A DNA stretch of 63,987 nucleotides, filler included, from an uncultured Myxococcia bacterium (lineage in GTDB: Bacteria > CAZTWC01): NCBI GenBank assembly GCA_964617105.1. It is 8 parts of 8 records of this genome, joined end to end, with 100 filler letters (N's around TTAATTAATTAA, not from the genome) between each part and the next. Parts side by side here need not be neighbours in the genome. Positions count along the whole stretch, not along the records: positions 33,841 to 42,047 come from CAZTWC010000159.1; positions 42,148 to 50,336 come from CAZTWC010000160.1; 6 more parts are not named here. One strand, given 5' to 3'. The notes beneath the pieces were generated by a model. The model did not search any database. It was not told the origin of the DNA and was given only the letters and a program-made list of their open reading frames with translations. Shown here piece after piece: positions 38,506 through 48,405 of this stretch; positions within the stretch are counted from its first letter, which is position 1; each line of letters begins with the position of its first letter. The translations under genes and the position numbers were made by a program.

Positions 38506-39045
38506 ATGAAAAGCAATTCCGGTTTAAAACTTTGGAGCGTTAGCGTTATGGTATTATCAGTTCTAATTTTCCATAACTGCGCTGAAGAATATACCCCGAT
38601 CCCCATTTCCCCAAAAAAATCCTATAAACGTAAATTAGCCCTAAATAAATTGACCACTCCAAAAGTGGAACCCATCCAGCAAAAAGAGATCTACCTTTAC
38701 TCTCCAGTAGGGAAAAGGGACCCTTTCAAATCATATTTCACCTCTTTTAAAAAGAAAGCGGTTACTTTTACCCCTACGCCTTTGCAAAAATATGAACTGG
38801 ATCGACTCAAGATAGTGGGGATCATTACTGGTATAAGTTCACCAAGAGCCATGGTGGAAGATCCGGATGGTCAAAGTTATATAATCAGGCAGGGCGCCTT
38901 GATTGGAAAAAATTACGGTAAAGTAAAACTGATAAGGTCTTCCGAAGTAGTTGTCCACGAAGAGTATCGCGACTTTACCGGTAAAAAAGTTATAACTTCA
39001 TTTTTTATGAAAATGAACAAAGATGATTCGGAAGATATGCAATAA
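38506..39045 (+). CDS. pilP: PilP lipoprotein
   Basis: YSPVGKRDPF, PLQKYELDRLKIVGI, IGKNYG. Confidence 0.92.
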   Translation: MKSNSGLKLWSVSVMVLSVLIFHNCAEEYTPIPISPKKSYKRKLALNKLTTPKVEPIQQKEIYLYSPVGKRDPFKSYFTSFKKKAVTFTPTPLQKYELDRLKIVGIITGISSPRAMVEDPDGQSYIIRQGALIGKNYGKVKLIRSSEVVVHEEYRDFTGKKVITSFFMKMNKDDSEDMQ

Positions 39046-39058
39046 TAAGGAGTTTTTC

Positions 39059-40954
39059 ATGGTTAGCAACATTTTCCAGCGTAAACTATTTTTTTCAGGC
39101 TTTTTGAGGTCGGTTATACTGGTTTTTCTGCTGTTTTATCCCTGTAGTTTCACACATGGCAAAAACCATATCACTCCGGTCAAAGATAAACTGGTTAAAT
39201 CTCCCTCTTCAAACGCTAAACTACAAGTTAACTATTTGGATTTTTTTTGGAATAACCAGGCGGCAATGGTAAAACTAAAGGTAAATGGTTTGCCACAATA
39301 TAAAGTGATACAAACCTCCCAAAATTCACTTACCCTGGAACTTCAAAATTGTACCATCCCCGCTCATCTGGAAAAAAGTATTGACACCAGCAGCGCCAGC
39401 AAACTCGTCCAAAATATAGACATTTTTTCTTCCAAGAATACCTTCAATAATATTACAACTGTTATATCGGCAACTTATAGTGATTCTACCCAACAAAAAG
39501 TTATTGCCCTTCCTGATGGTTCCATCAAATGGTACTTCTTTCCCAAGGGGATGTCGCCAACCGACGAAAGTCAATTAAAATCAGCCCAAACGATTTTAAA
39601 CAAGCAGAAAAAATCACCTTCTGTTTTTGCCGGTCTACACACGGTAAACACTGCTCACAAAATAGTACCAGGCCAATTCTCCAGCACTCAAGACAACAAA
39701 TACTCTGGTAAAAGAATTTCTCTGGAGTTTAAGGATATCGATATCCACGATGTGCTGAGGCTTATTTCCAATGTTAGTTATATAAACATCATTACCAGTG
39801 ACGATGTGCAGGGACAAGTTACCATCAAAATGGACAACGTCCCCTGGGACCAGGCCCTGGATGTTATTCTCAGTTCCAAGGGACTGGGACAGCAACGGTT
39901 GGGAAATATAATCAGAGTAGCCCCTTTAGAAGTTCTCCAGCAGGAAAGTAAAATGGCCTTGCAGGAAAGAAAAGCCCAGGAGATATTAGAACCGCTGAAA
40001 ATTCGAATTATCCCTATCAATTACAGCCGAGCTGCTCCCCTCAAAAACCAGGTCAAGGAACTTTTGAGCGACCGTGGCAAAGTAAGCATGGACAAACGCA
40101 CCAATGTTCTAATTGTAAAAGATATAGAAGAATCATTGATTAAAATAGAGGAGTTGGTAAAAAAACTGGATACTCCAACTCCCCAGGTGTTAATTGAAAC
40201 CAGAATCGTTGAGGCGGAAAGGAATATCAAACAGGAAGTTGGTATCCAGTGGGGGGGCGATCTATCCATGAGCCCGGAAAAAGGCAATTCCACCGGCCTG
40301 CTTTTCCCCAATACCGTTCACCTTAACGGGGCGGGCCTTAACAGTCTGGCGGTAAATATTCCCACCGGTGTTACCAATGGAGCCAAAGGTGGAGGTTTTG
40401 GATTTTCCTTGGGTAGTGTCTCCGGCGGAGCAACTTTGAACATGGTCCTCTCAGCCCTTGAAGAGGAGGGTACTATCGATGTTATCTCTGCTCCCAAAAT
40501 AATCGCTTTGGACAACAAAGAAGCCACCATTAGGCAAGGTTACTCAATTCCGGTTGAATCGGTTTCAGCAGCAGGTACAGAAATTGTCTTTATCGATGCT
40601 TTGATGGAATTGAAAGTTACCCCCCACATAACTTCCGATGGCCGGATTTTTATGAAATTGGATATTAAGAAAGATGAGCCTGATTTTACTCGGTCTGTCC
40701 GCGGTCATCCCTCTATTTTGAAAAAACAGGGGACTACTGAATTATTGGTTAATAACGGTGACACCAAGGTTATTGGCGGTATCTATTTTCAAAAAACCAG
40801 TTTAACTACCAACCAGGTTCCGCTGTTTGGACGTATTCCGGTGTTGGGCTGGCTGTTCAAAGGGGAAGCCGATAACAGTACTAAAACAGAACTACTGATA
40901 TTTATTACTCCTAAGATAATTCCCATGAATTACCTTAAGGATTTTATCCAGTAG
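39059..40954 (+). CDS. pilQ: Type IV pilus secretin PilQ
   Basis: YSGKRISLEFKDIDIHDVLR, VPWDQALD, QVLIETRIVEA, LKVTPHIT, IPVLGWLFK; AAGGAG RBS before 39059. Confidence 0.95.
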   Translation: MVSNIFQRKLFFSGFLRSVILVFLLFYPCSFTHGKNHITPVKDKLVKSPSSNAKLQVNYLDFFWNNQAAMVKLKVNGLPQYKVIQTSQNSLTLELQNCTIPAHLEKSIDTSSASKLVQNIDIFSSKNTFNNITTVISATYSDSTQQKVIALPDGSIKWYFFPKGMSPTDESQLKSAQTILNKQKKSPSVFAGLHTVNTAHKIVPGQFSSTQDNKYSGKRISLEFKDIDIHDVLRLISNVSYINIITSDDVQGQVTIKMDNVPWDQALDVILSSKGLGQQRLGNIIRVAPLEVLQQESKMALQERKAQEILEPLKIRIIPINYSRAAPLKNQVKELLSDRGKVSMDKRTNVLIVKDIEESLIKIEELVKKLDTPTPQVLIETRIVEAERNIKQEVGIQWGGDLSMSPEKGNSTGLLFPNTVHLNGAGLNSLAVNIPTGVTNGAKGGGFGFSLGSVSGGATLNMVLSALEEEGTIDVISAPKIIALDNKEATIRQGYSIPVESVSAAGTEIVFIDALMELKVTPHITSDGRIFMKLDIKKDEPDFTRSVRGHPSILKKQGTTELLVNNGDTKVIGGIYFQKTSLTTNQVPLFGRIPVLGWLFKGEADNSTKTELLIFITPKIIPMNYLKDFIQ

Positions 40955-40979
40955 ACATTATCATTCCTTCTAAAACCAT

Positions 40980-42047
40980 ATGCTCACCTTTTTAACCGCA
41001 GGCGAATCTCACGGCAAAGGTCTTACCGTAATTTTAGAGGGTATCCCTGCCGGCGTAGCCATAGACAAATATGATATTAATACGCATCTTAAGCGCAGGA
41101 TGTGTGGTTACGGACGTGGCGGACGCATGAAAATAGAGAAAGACCAGGTGCTCTTTCTCTCCGGGATCCGGGGAGGTATTAGCCTGGGAACTCCAATTTG
41201 CATGCAGATTGCCAACTTAGATTGGAAAAATTGGTCAGAGATAATGACCGCCGACCCGGATTGCCGAATAACTGAACGAAGGGTCACACTACCCCGCCCC
41301 GGTCATGCCGATCTGGCTGGCGGCGTTAAATACCGGCATAGAGATATGCGTAATGTGCTGGAGCGGGCCAGCGCCCGGGAAACTGCCGCCAGAGTTGCCT
41401 GTGCATCGGTGGTGCGTAAACTTCTCTCCTTTTTTGATATCCATATTTTGAGTTATGTCTATCGAATTGGAGAGGCGGAAGATCAGAACAACTACCAGGA
41501 CCAAGAGTTGCTAATTGCTGACCAATCGGAGGTTCGAACTCTTAATAAAACCATGACAGAAGAGATGAAAACCGCCATCGATTCAGCCCGTAAAAATGGC
41601 GACTCGGTGGGAGGATGTTTTCAAGTTCGGGTCACTGGAGTTCCGCCCGGATTGGGAAGTTATAGTCAATGGGATAGAAGATTGGAATCATCTCTGTCCG
41701 CTTCTATGATGAGTATCCCGGGAATAAAAGGGGTAGAGATTGGACTCGGATTTAAAGGCGCCGCCCTACCAGGCTCAAAAGTGCACGATGAGATTAACTA
41801 TAACCAGGATATAAACGGATTCAAATACGGCCGGACCAGCAACAACGCCGGCGGCATTGAAGGTGGTGTATCCAACGGTGAAACCCTGGTGATAAATGGC
41901 GCCATGAAACCTATTCCAACTTTGATTTCTGCCTTGCAAAGCGTAGATATCGAAAGCAAAAATACAGGACGGGCTGCAGTGGAGAGAAGCGACTGCTGCG
42001 CTGTTCCGGCTGCCTCTATAGTGGGAGAAGCCATGGCTGCTCTGGTG
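40980..42047 (+). CDS. aroC: Chorismate synthase (3'-truncated)
   Basis: TAGESHG, PRPGHADL, ERASARETA, NNAGGIEGG, KPIPT, ERSD. Confidence 0.97.
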
Positions 42048-42147
42048 NNNNNNNNNNNNNNNNNNNNNNNNNNNNNNNNNNNNNNNNNNNNTTAATTAAT
42101 TAANNNNNNNNNNNNNNNNNNNNNNNNNNNNNNNNNNNNNNNNNNNN
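42048..42147. other. Artificial contig linker
   Basis: N44-TTAATTAATTAA-N44. Confidence 0.97.
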
Positions 42148-42260
42148 GACAGGAGCAGATCATCAATAAGTTGTTCTATCTCCTGGTTCACCACCTCCAC
42201 CTCATGGCAAGAGCTGGTTAACATTTTAGATGGATAGAGAACAATGTTTCGAGTTGACAT
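42148..42260 (-). CDS. def: Probable peptide deformylase N-terminus (truncated)
   Basis: MSTRNIVLYPSKMLTSSCHEVEVVNQEIEQLIDDL resembles the Def N-terminus; catalytic motifs lie beyond the contig end. Confidence 0.55.
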
Positions 42261-42481
42261 TTTTCACCCTTTCACCCAAGATGGCCCAATTTTATTTTTA
42301 AATTCTAAACCCTAATCACTGATTCTGTCAACCATTGGTTAACTAGTGTCCACCCACATTTTAATGCCGAGTTGACAAAAATCAAATTTGGCCTGGTTGC
42401 AGTTTTCTTCTTCTGTGATATACTTTTGACGTTTTTTAATACAGGTTTTAGGTAGGACTACTAAAGACACGAGGAACAGTT

Positions 42482-43978
42482 ATGGCTAAGACAACAACAA
42501 CAGTAGCGGGACACCCTAAAGGACTATATATCCTTTTTTGCTCCGAGGCCTGGGAAAGATTTTCTTTTTACGGCATGAGAGCACTTTTGGTTCTCTATCT
42601 GGTAAACCAATTGCAATATCAGCGTGGTGAAGCCTTGAGGATATACGCTATATACCTGGGACTGGTGTATTTAACCCCGGTATTAGGCGGTTTTTTAGCC
42701 GACAAACTGTTAGGAGCCCGCAAATCTATCATCATTGGCGGCTCCCTGATGGCCCTTGGACATTTAGCCATGGCTTTTCAGCCTCTCCTCTTTATGGGTA
42801 TGGGCTTGATAATCGCTGGTAACGGCTTTTTCAAACCCAATATATCCACTCTGGTGGGCAGCCTTTATGCTGAAAATGATCCACGCCGGGACGGAGGATT
42901 TACCATTTTTTATATGGGGATCAATCTGGGCGCCTTTTTCTCTCCTCTGGTCTGTGGTATGTTGGGCGAGAAAATCGGTTGGCACTATGGATTTTCCGCT
43001 GCCACCGTGGGGATGATAGTCGGGCTGTGTATATTTGTCTGGGGCCAAAAATTTTTGGGACGGGCTGGCTTTCCCCCTGGAGTCGAGGTAAACGAGGATA
43101 CTCGTCTAACCTCCAAAGATTGGCGGGATATCGGCGCCTTTATTCTGGCTGGAGTAGTGACGGTAGTAATTATTTTGCAGGCCTGGAAATTAGTGGGCCC
43201 AATGTGGGATTCCCTGTACTGGGGGCTGAAATTGGCTTTCGGAGTGTCCGCTATTGCCTTGCCGGCAACCTGGGCCCATATTCGTAACAACAAGCGTGAA
43301 GTTGAACCTTTTACCCGCGAGGAGTGGGAACGACTGGCAGTGGTGGTGATAATTTGTCTGTTTGTAATTTTTTTCTGGATGGGTTTCGAGCAGGCTGGAG
43401 GCACCATGAACCTCTTTGCCGACCAACAAACCGATCGTCATATCCCTCTCCCCTGGGATGCCTCCTGGCAAATGCCGGCCAGTTGGTTCCAGGCTATCAA
43501 CCCGCTATTTATTATCATGTTTGCTCCTCTGTTCTCCATGTTTTGGTCTAAAAATGACCGCAGTAAGTGGGGCCTCTCCACTCCAGCCAAGATGGGGGTA
43601 GGAATGATAATATTGGGATTGGGTTTCATGGTGATGAATGCTGGTCAGCAAGTGGCTGACGTTGACGCCCAGGGCAAGGCTGGTATAGGCTGGTTGATAG
43701 GAGTTTACTTTCTTCACACCATGGGAGAATTGTGTCTATCTCCAATAGGATTGTCATTGGTGACCAAACTTTCGCCCCTCCGTACTGTATCCATGATGAT
43801 GGGGCTGTGGTTTGCCGCCTCCGCCCTGGCCGACTACCTGGCCGGACGACTGGAATCAATAGTGCATCACTACCAATTGAATCTGTGGGTATTTCTAATT
43901 GGATCATCCATTGGCGCCGGCGTTTTACTGCTGTTGTTGACGCCGTTGCTTAAGCGCTGGATGCACAACAAAGGCTGA
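42482..43978 (+). CDS. POT/PTR proton-dependent oligopeptide transporter
   Basis: GHPKGL, EAWERFSFYGMR (ExxERFxYY-like), GNGFFKPNIS, FYMGINLG, ELCLSPIGLS. Confidence 0.95.
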   Translation: MAKTTTTVAGHPKGLYILFCSEAWERFSFYGMRALLVLYLVNQLQYQRGEALRIYAIYLGLVYLTPVLGGFLADKLLGARKSIIIGGSLMALGHLAMAFQPLLFMGMGLIIAGNGFFKPNISTLVGSLYAENDPRRDGGFTIFYMGINLGAFFSPLVCGMLGEKIGWHYGFSAATVGMIVGLCIFVWGQKFLGRAGFPPGVEVNEDTRLTSKDWRDIGAFILAGVVTVVIILQAWKLVGPMWDSLYWGLKLAFGVSAIALPATWAHIRNNKREVEPFTREEWERLAVVVIICLFVIFFWMGFEQAGGTMNLFADQQTDRHIPLPWDASWQMPASWFQAINPLFIIMFAPLFSMFWSKNDRSKWGLSTPAKMGVGMIILGLGFMVMNAGQQVADVDAQGKAGIGWLIGVYFLHTMGELCLSPIGLSLVTKLSPLRTVSMMMGLWFAASALADYLAGRLESIVHHYQLNLWVFLIGSSIGAGVLLLLLTPLLKRWMHNKG

Positions 43979-44372
43979 CAACCGCCGATAGCGGCGCATC
44001 TGCGGCGTTGGACAAAACTATTTTGTCCTCGGCGTATTATCTATACGCCTGCGGGAAAATAGTTTTGTCCGCCTTGCATCTGCACCACTCTCGACGGTTG
44101 TCCGTTATGGTCGATAGCGGCGCATCTGCATCGCTCTCGTTGCCCGTCACGGACCTGATGTTCGCGCATCATCTTGCCGACGGCGCATGTCATCCCTGCG
44201 GGAAAATAGTTTTGTCCGCCTTGCATCTGCACCACTCTCGACGGTTGTCCGTTATGGTCGATAGCGGCGCATCTGCATCGCTCTTGCCCGTCCCGGGTCC
44301 TGATGTCAGTCATCTACGGAGACCGATGCGGACACGTAGGAGGTGATCCCTTTAGGGACATTGGGCCAAACT
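43977..44372. repeat. Cluster of palindromic repeat elements between convergent genes
   Basis: One full element 43977-44102; exact 90-bp direct repeat 44048-44137 = 44195-44284; CGATAGCGGCGCATCT core at 43986, 44112 and 44259; 18-mer AGGTGATCCCTTTAGGGA at 44341 also at 1555. Confidence 0.9.
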
Positions 44373-44374
44373 GT

Positions 44375-46495
44375 TTAGTCCTCAATCTTCCCAATATCCA
44401 GGGGGTTGCCCTGGGCATCCACTGGATAGACGCCCTCTGGTTTCACCCGATAATTTTTCTCGATATAATCCATGATCTCAAACAGCGCATCCTCATATTT
44501 AGGACCTTCCCGCCATTTGCCCCTGGCATTGAGGTAAAAAGAACCCTTGTTGCACTCCTTTATATAACCTTTACTATCCAAATGAGAGTACTCCTCATTT
44601 TTCAACAGGCAGTGACGTTTTTTTTCCTGGGGATGGTACAGGCAGCATTTGCCATCTGAAAATACCTGGATCATTTTGGCCATAGTGCCGGCCGCCATCC
44701 TGGATGCATTTATTAGTCCGGTGGTTTTCATCCCTTTTATGTCCATACCAATGCCGTGCAAAGAATAGAGCACCGGGTAGGTCTTGCGAAGGTTTTCTTT
44801 TCGGTAATATCCGGGAGGAATAATCACATAAAAACCAGTAAGGGCCTCTAAGGATTTACTGTAAATCTCTACGTACTGCTCCAACTCCTGGTCAGGCTCT
44901 TTTTCTGTTTTTTTCCAATCGCCATCGGGCCAGTTATAACTGATAAAATTGTGAGCAATACTGTAGCGGTACAACAGTTGGGGTATAGTGCCTAAGTGTC
45001 CGCCTTCCCCATTGCGTATATCTTCCTGGGATGCATTTGGATTACCATACCGCAAGTATGAATAACGCCCTAATTTTCGATAGTCCACTTTGTTGGAAGC
45101 GAAAGAAGTATTGGAAAAACCGCCACTGTATTGTGATTTAGCCGGTAAACTGGTAAAGCGGTCATAGATCTTTATGGGAGCGTTTTTTTGCTTCAACAAA
45201 CCGATAAAATGGTTGCTTACCAGCATGGTGTTGAAAAAATCGTAGATCCCAGCATCTATATAAATAGAAAGATTCCACAATTGTTGTTTGGTCAGTTTCT
45301 TTAGATTAGAGTAGGAATCGTTGGTGATGGCATATTCCAGGTTGGGAGAGATATCGAATCGATAGTTGCCCTCACCGTAATCGCAGGCACCGCCGTGGAT
45401 ATCGCAATCTACCCCGTCCAGCCCGAAATCATCGTAGGGTTCGCCGGGATCGTATTGATGGTTATCTTCTGTGCCACCTGGATTATCCAGGTAGTGGTAG
45501 TTATCGCCAGCCGGGTCGGGATTTTTATTTGCCTGATAACCAGGCTCCTTTTCATCTGGCAGTCCATCTTTACCTATATCGTTATAGCGTTCCATGGCAT
45601 TGATCACCAGCGGTTCACCGTAGTCCCGTTTGCCGTTTTGGTTGTAATCAACTGCCAAAATGGTTTCAATTGGAAAATGATGTTCCCGGGTTGGATCGAA
45701 CTTGCCGTTTTGCTCATACCACTCTTCACTTTCCTTTTCGGCTGCTATCGACTCCTCTCCATCGCAAAAGGTGATCACCGGATATTTACCATCCGGGTTG
45801 TACTCCCGGTTGTAAAAATTGGTAAAAGTCAACGGATTTTTACAGCGCTGCTTAGAGGGGGTTAAAAGTCGTTCCGCTGGAACTCCCGGAGGAGTGTAAA
45901 AATTAAATCGATTATAATAGAAAGAATTGCCCAGGGCGGTACTGATGTCCTGCATAGCAGAAATTGTGAAGGTACGGTGAAAGGTATCGCCATTGTTGTT
46001 AAAGTAAAAATTGTTGAAATCATAGGGCATCTCACCAGGCTCCCGTTTTAAAAGATGAGCGCAATAAACATTTGGATTATTGGCCTGGTTGACTTGATTC
46101 AGGTGCTTTAAAATCTGTTTACGAGGGCAAAAACCGCTGAAAATTCGGTTGGAGAAATAGTGATGAAGAAAAGTGAGGTTGTGGTACCCACCCATGCCGT
46201 AAATTAAATCGAATTTTGTGGGATTCTTCAAGGCTATCATCAACGAGGAGGTAGCGCCCATGGATATTCCTCCTACCCCCCGGAATATAAATTTTCGAGT
46301 ATACTTTTTGCTGTCTTGAGTATTTCCCTGCGCCGGGGTTTCCAACTCATCTTCTTTATCACCATCCTTATCCCCACCCCCGTCTTTTTGGCTCTCTTCA
46401 TCTTGGGTATGGTCGCCACTGCTGCTGCAGAAGACCAGCAGAGTGCTTAACAAAAGCATAGATGTTAAAATCATCAACAATTTATATTTTTTCAC
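44375..46495 (-). CDS. Lipoprotein alpha/beta-hydrolase (esterase), circularly permuted, with an Asp/Gly-rich insertion
   Basis: Likely GTG start, lipobox LVFC; GISMG near N-terminus, IDAGIYD and GGH mid-chain, IPPGY..YPVLYSLHG..YEDALFEIMDYIEKNYRV at C-terminus. Confidence 0.7.
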   Translation of the reverse strand: MKKYKLLMILTSMLLLSTLLVFCSSSGDHTQDEESQKDGGGDKDGDKEDELETPAQGNTQDSKKYTRKFIFRGVGGISMGATSSLMIALKNPTKFDLIYGMGGYHNLTFLHHYFSNRIFSGFCPRKQILKHLNQVNQANNPNVYCAHLLKREPGEMPYDFNNFYFNNNGDTFHRTFTISAMQDISTALGNSFYYNRFNFYTPPGVPAERLLTPSKQRCKNPLTFTNFYNREYNPDGKYPVITFCDGEESIAAEKESEEWYEQNGKFDPTREHHFPIETILAVDYNQNGKRDYGEPLVINAMERYNDIGKDGLPDEKEPGYQANKNPDPAGDNYHYLDNPGGTEDNHQYDPGEPYDDFGLDGVDCDIHGGACDYGEGNYRFDISPNLEYAITNDSYSNLKKLTKQQLWNLSIYIDAGIYDFFNTMLVSNHFIGLLKQKNAPIKIYDRFTSLPAKSQYSGGFSNTSFASNKVDYRKLGRYSYLRYGNPNASQEDIRNGEGGHLGTIPQLLYRYSIAHNFISYNWPDGDWKKTEKEPDQELEQYVEIYSKSLEALTGFYVIIPPGYYRKENLRKTYPVLYSLHGIGMDIKGMKTTGLINASRMAAGTMAKMIQVFSDGKCCLYHPQEKKRHCLLKNEEYSHLDSKGYIKECNKGSFYLNARGKWREGPKYEDALFEIMDYIEKNYRVKPEGVYPVDAQGNPLDIGKIED

Positions 46496-46499
46496 GGTG

Positions 46500-47114
46500 T
46501 TATCCTTTCGAATCAATCTCCAGGGGCTTTGGGAGACTTTTCAGCAATAGGCCGATCTTTTTTAGTTTTAAAATATGGTCAATCTTGGTGGCGGCAATAG
46601 CAGATATGGGCATACAGGACGATTCTGCTTCCTCAGGATCCTGGACTATGGTCAGACCGCCCATATCATGGATAATCTTCATCCCCTGGGCGCCATCGTG
46701 GTTGGCGCCAGTGAGAATAATACCCACCAAAGATGGTCCGTAGGCTCTAGCAGCACTTTCAAAGAGGACATCGACAGAGGGTCGGGAGTAACTTACCATA
46801 GGGTCTATGGAGAGAGAAAAACTGCCATCTCTTTCGATGAGCAAATGATAGTTGGGCGGGGCAAAGTAAATGTGGCCGGCTAAAAGTTGCTCCTTCTCAT
46901 CCGCTTCCTTTACCCTGGGGTCCAGGAGTTCATTAAAGTATTCAAACAGGAATCCATTCTCCTGGTAATGAATATGTTGGACCACTACTATGGGGAGGTG
47001 ATAGTCTGCGGATAATTGGGAAAAGATAATTGGCAGGGCTTTTATTCCTCCCAGGGAAACACCAATTACGATGCAACCATATTTTTGTGGGGATAATGAG
47101 GATTTAACCATCAT
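46500..47114 (-). CDS. Stand-alone CheB-type methylesterase domain
   Basis: IGVSLGG, VVQH, APPNYHLL, SRPSVDVLFESAA, LTGANHDGA; no receiver domain. Confidence 0.9.
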   Translation of the reverse strand: MMVKSSLSPQKYGCIVIGVSLGGIKALPIIFSQLSADYHLPIVVVQHIHYQENGFLFEYFNELLDPRVKEADEKEQLLAGHIYFAPPNYHLLIERDGSFSLSIDPMVSYSRPSVDVLFESAARAYGPSLVGIILTGANHDGAQGMKIIHDMGGLTIVQDPEEAESSCMPISAIAATKIDHILKLKKIGLLLKSLPKPLEIDSKG

Positions 47115-47178
47115 TTGCTCCGAAAATCACTTTAACTAGATGATATAATATTACCATAGAAATAAAAGGCTGGGATAA

Positions 47179-48396
47179 TTAACTTTTTCTAGTCAAAGTG
47201 AACAGGCTAATTTCCGAGGGGGCAGCCAGCCGCAGGGGCGGTCCCCAATAACCAGTGCCTCGGTTGACATAAACCGGCATCCCCTGGAATTGGTATAAGC
47301 CGGCTAAAAAACCTTGTTGTATTTTCACCAACAGGTGCCAGGGAAAAAATTGGCCACCATGGGTGTGGCCGCAGAGGAGCAAGTTGGCGCCGGCCTGGCG
47401 GGCGGCCCTGCAACTCCGGGGTTGGTGAGCCAGCATTATTTTTACATCTGAAGGGCGGGAACCAGCCAGGGCTGCTTGTGGATCAGAGCGTTGGGATGGT
47501 ATAAACCGCCCGGCATTATAATCGGTGACTCCCGCTATTACAATACGGGCGCCTTTCCTGGTTATTACCCGGTGTCGATTGAGCAGTACAGTAAAGCCCA
47601 ATGAAGTTGCTGCCCTGGACCAGGATTCGGCATCCCAGTAATATTCGTGATTGCCGGTGATCCAAAAACAGCCATCCAAAGTTTTAATACGCTGCAATGA
47701 ACGCAGGTAGGGGAGGGTATATTCAACCTGTCCATCAGCCATGTCACCGGTCAATACCAAAATGTCTGCTGCCAGAGTGTTAACCGTTTCCACTACTTGC
47801 TCGACAAAATTGCCTTTAAGGGTAGGCCCAATATGCAGATCTGATATCTGGGCAATGGTAAAGCCTTCAAATTGCTTGGGAAGATTATCCAGAGTCAGTT
47901 TTACTCGCCTTACCCGCGGAGAGCGATGAGCTTCGGCAAAACCGACTCCGTTAAGGCATGCGGAGATTATCGGAGGACCAAAAGATGCACTGTAGTTTAA
48001 GAATTGCCGGCGGGAAGGGTTGAAGAAGTTTTTCCCTTGCGTGCTACCAGTTTTGACATTTTTAGGTTTTAGTAATCTTTTTAAGTATACTGGGCAAGTT
48101 CGGAGTAACCGTGCCAGATCTATCAATAGATAGATAAAAAATAGTAACAGCAAAAATCCCATTATGGTGTAGGAGAAAAACAATAGAGTTTGGATCCAGC
48201 CAGGAACTGGCCCCGATCGCCAAAGACGATATAAAAGGAAACCGCAAATCTCCAGTAGAAAAATTGCAGTCAGGCCCACCCATCCCCGGCGTTTATTTTG
48301 GGGAGTGATAGAGGCAACCGTCAGCATTCTCCGGCCCAGGTAGAGATGTACCAGACAGAATATTGTTATGATCATGCTGAAAAAGAGATATTTCAT
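47179..48396 (-). CDS. Membrane-anchored metallophosphoesterase (YkuE-like)
   Basis: Three N-terminal TMs, SDLH, TGD, GNHEYY, LAHQP, GHTHGGQ, G.GYWGPPLR. Confidence 0.9.
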   Translation of the reverse strand: MKYLFFSMIITIFCLVHLYLGRRMLTVASITPQNKRRGWVGLTAIFLLEICGFLLYRLWRSGPVPGWIQTLLFFSYTIMGFLLLLFFIYLLIDLARLLRTCPVYLKRLLKPKNVKTGSTQGKNFFNPSRRQFLNYSASFGPPIISACLNGVGFAEAHRSPRVRRVKLTLDNLPKQFEGFTIAQISDLHIGPTLKGNFVEQVVETVNTLAADILVLTGDMADGQVEYTLPYLRSLQRIKTLDGCFWITGNHEYYWDAESWSRAATSLGFTVLLNRHRVITRKGARIVIAGVTDYNAGRFIPSQRSDPQAALAGSRPSDVKIMLAHQPRSCRAARQAGANLLLCGHTHGGQFFPWHLLVKIQQGFLAGLYQFQGMPVYVNRGTGYWGPPLRLAAPSEISLFTLTRKS

Positions 48397-48405
48397 TGGA
48401 CTGTA

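Noticed and set aside
36231-42047. pilMNOPQ followed by aroC as unusual
   Set aside because: Linkage of pilQ to aro genes is a common arrangement
44008-44346. ORF-track ORFs 44008-44346(+) and 44041-44313(-) as proteins
   Set aside because: They are translations of the DNA repeat, with no RBS or recognisable family
43977-44372. CRISPR array
   Set aside because: Repeats are 90 bp or longer and palindromic, the intervening sequences are related to each other, only 2-3 units are present, and there are no cas genes; the same motif occurs singly elsewhere
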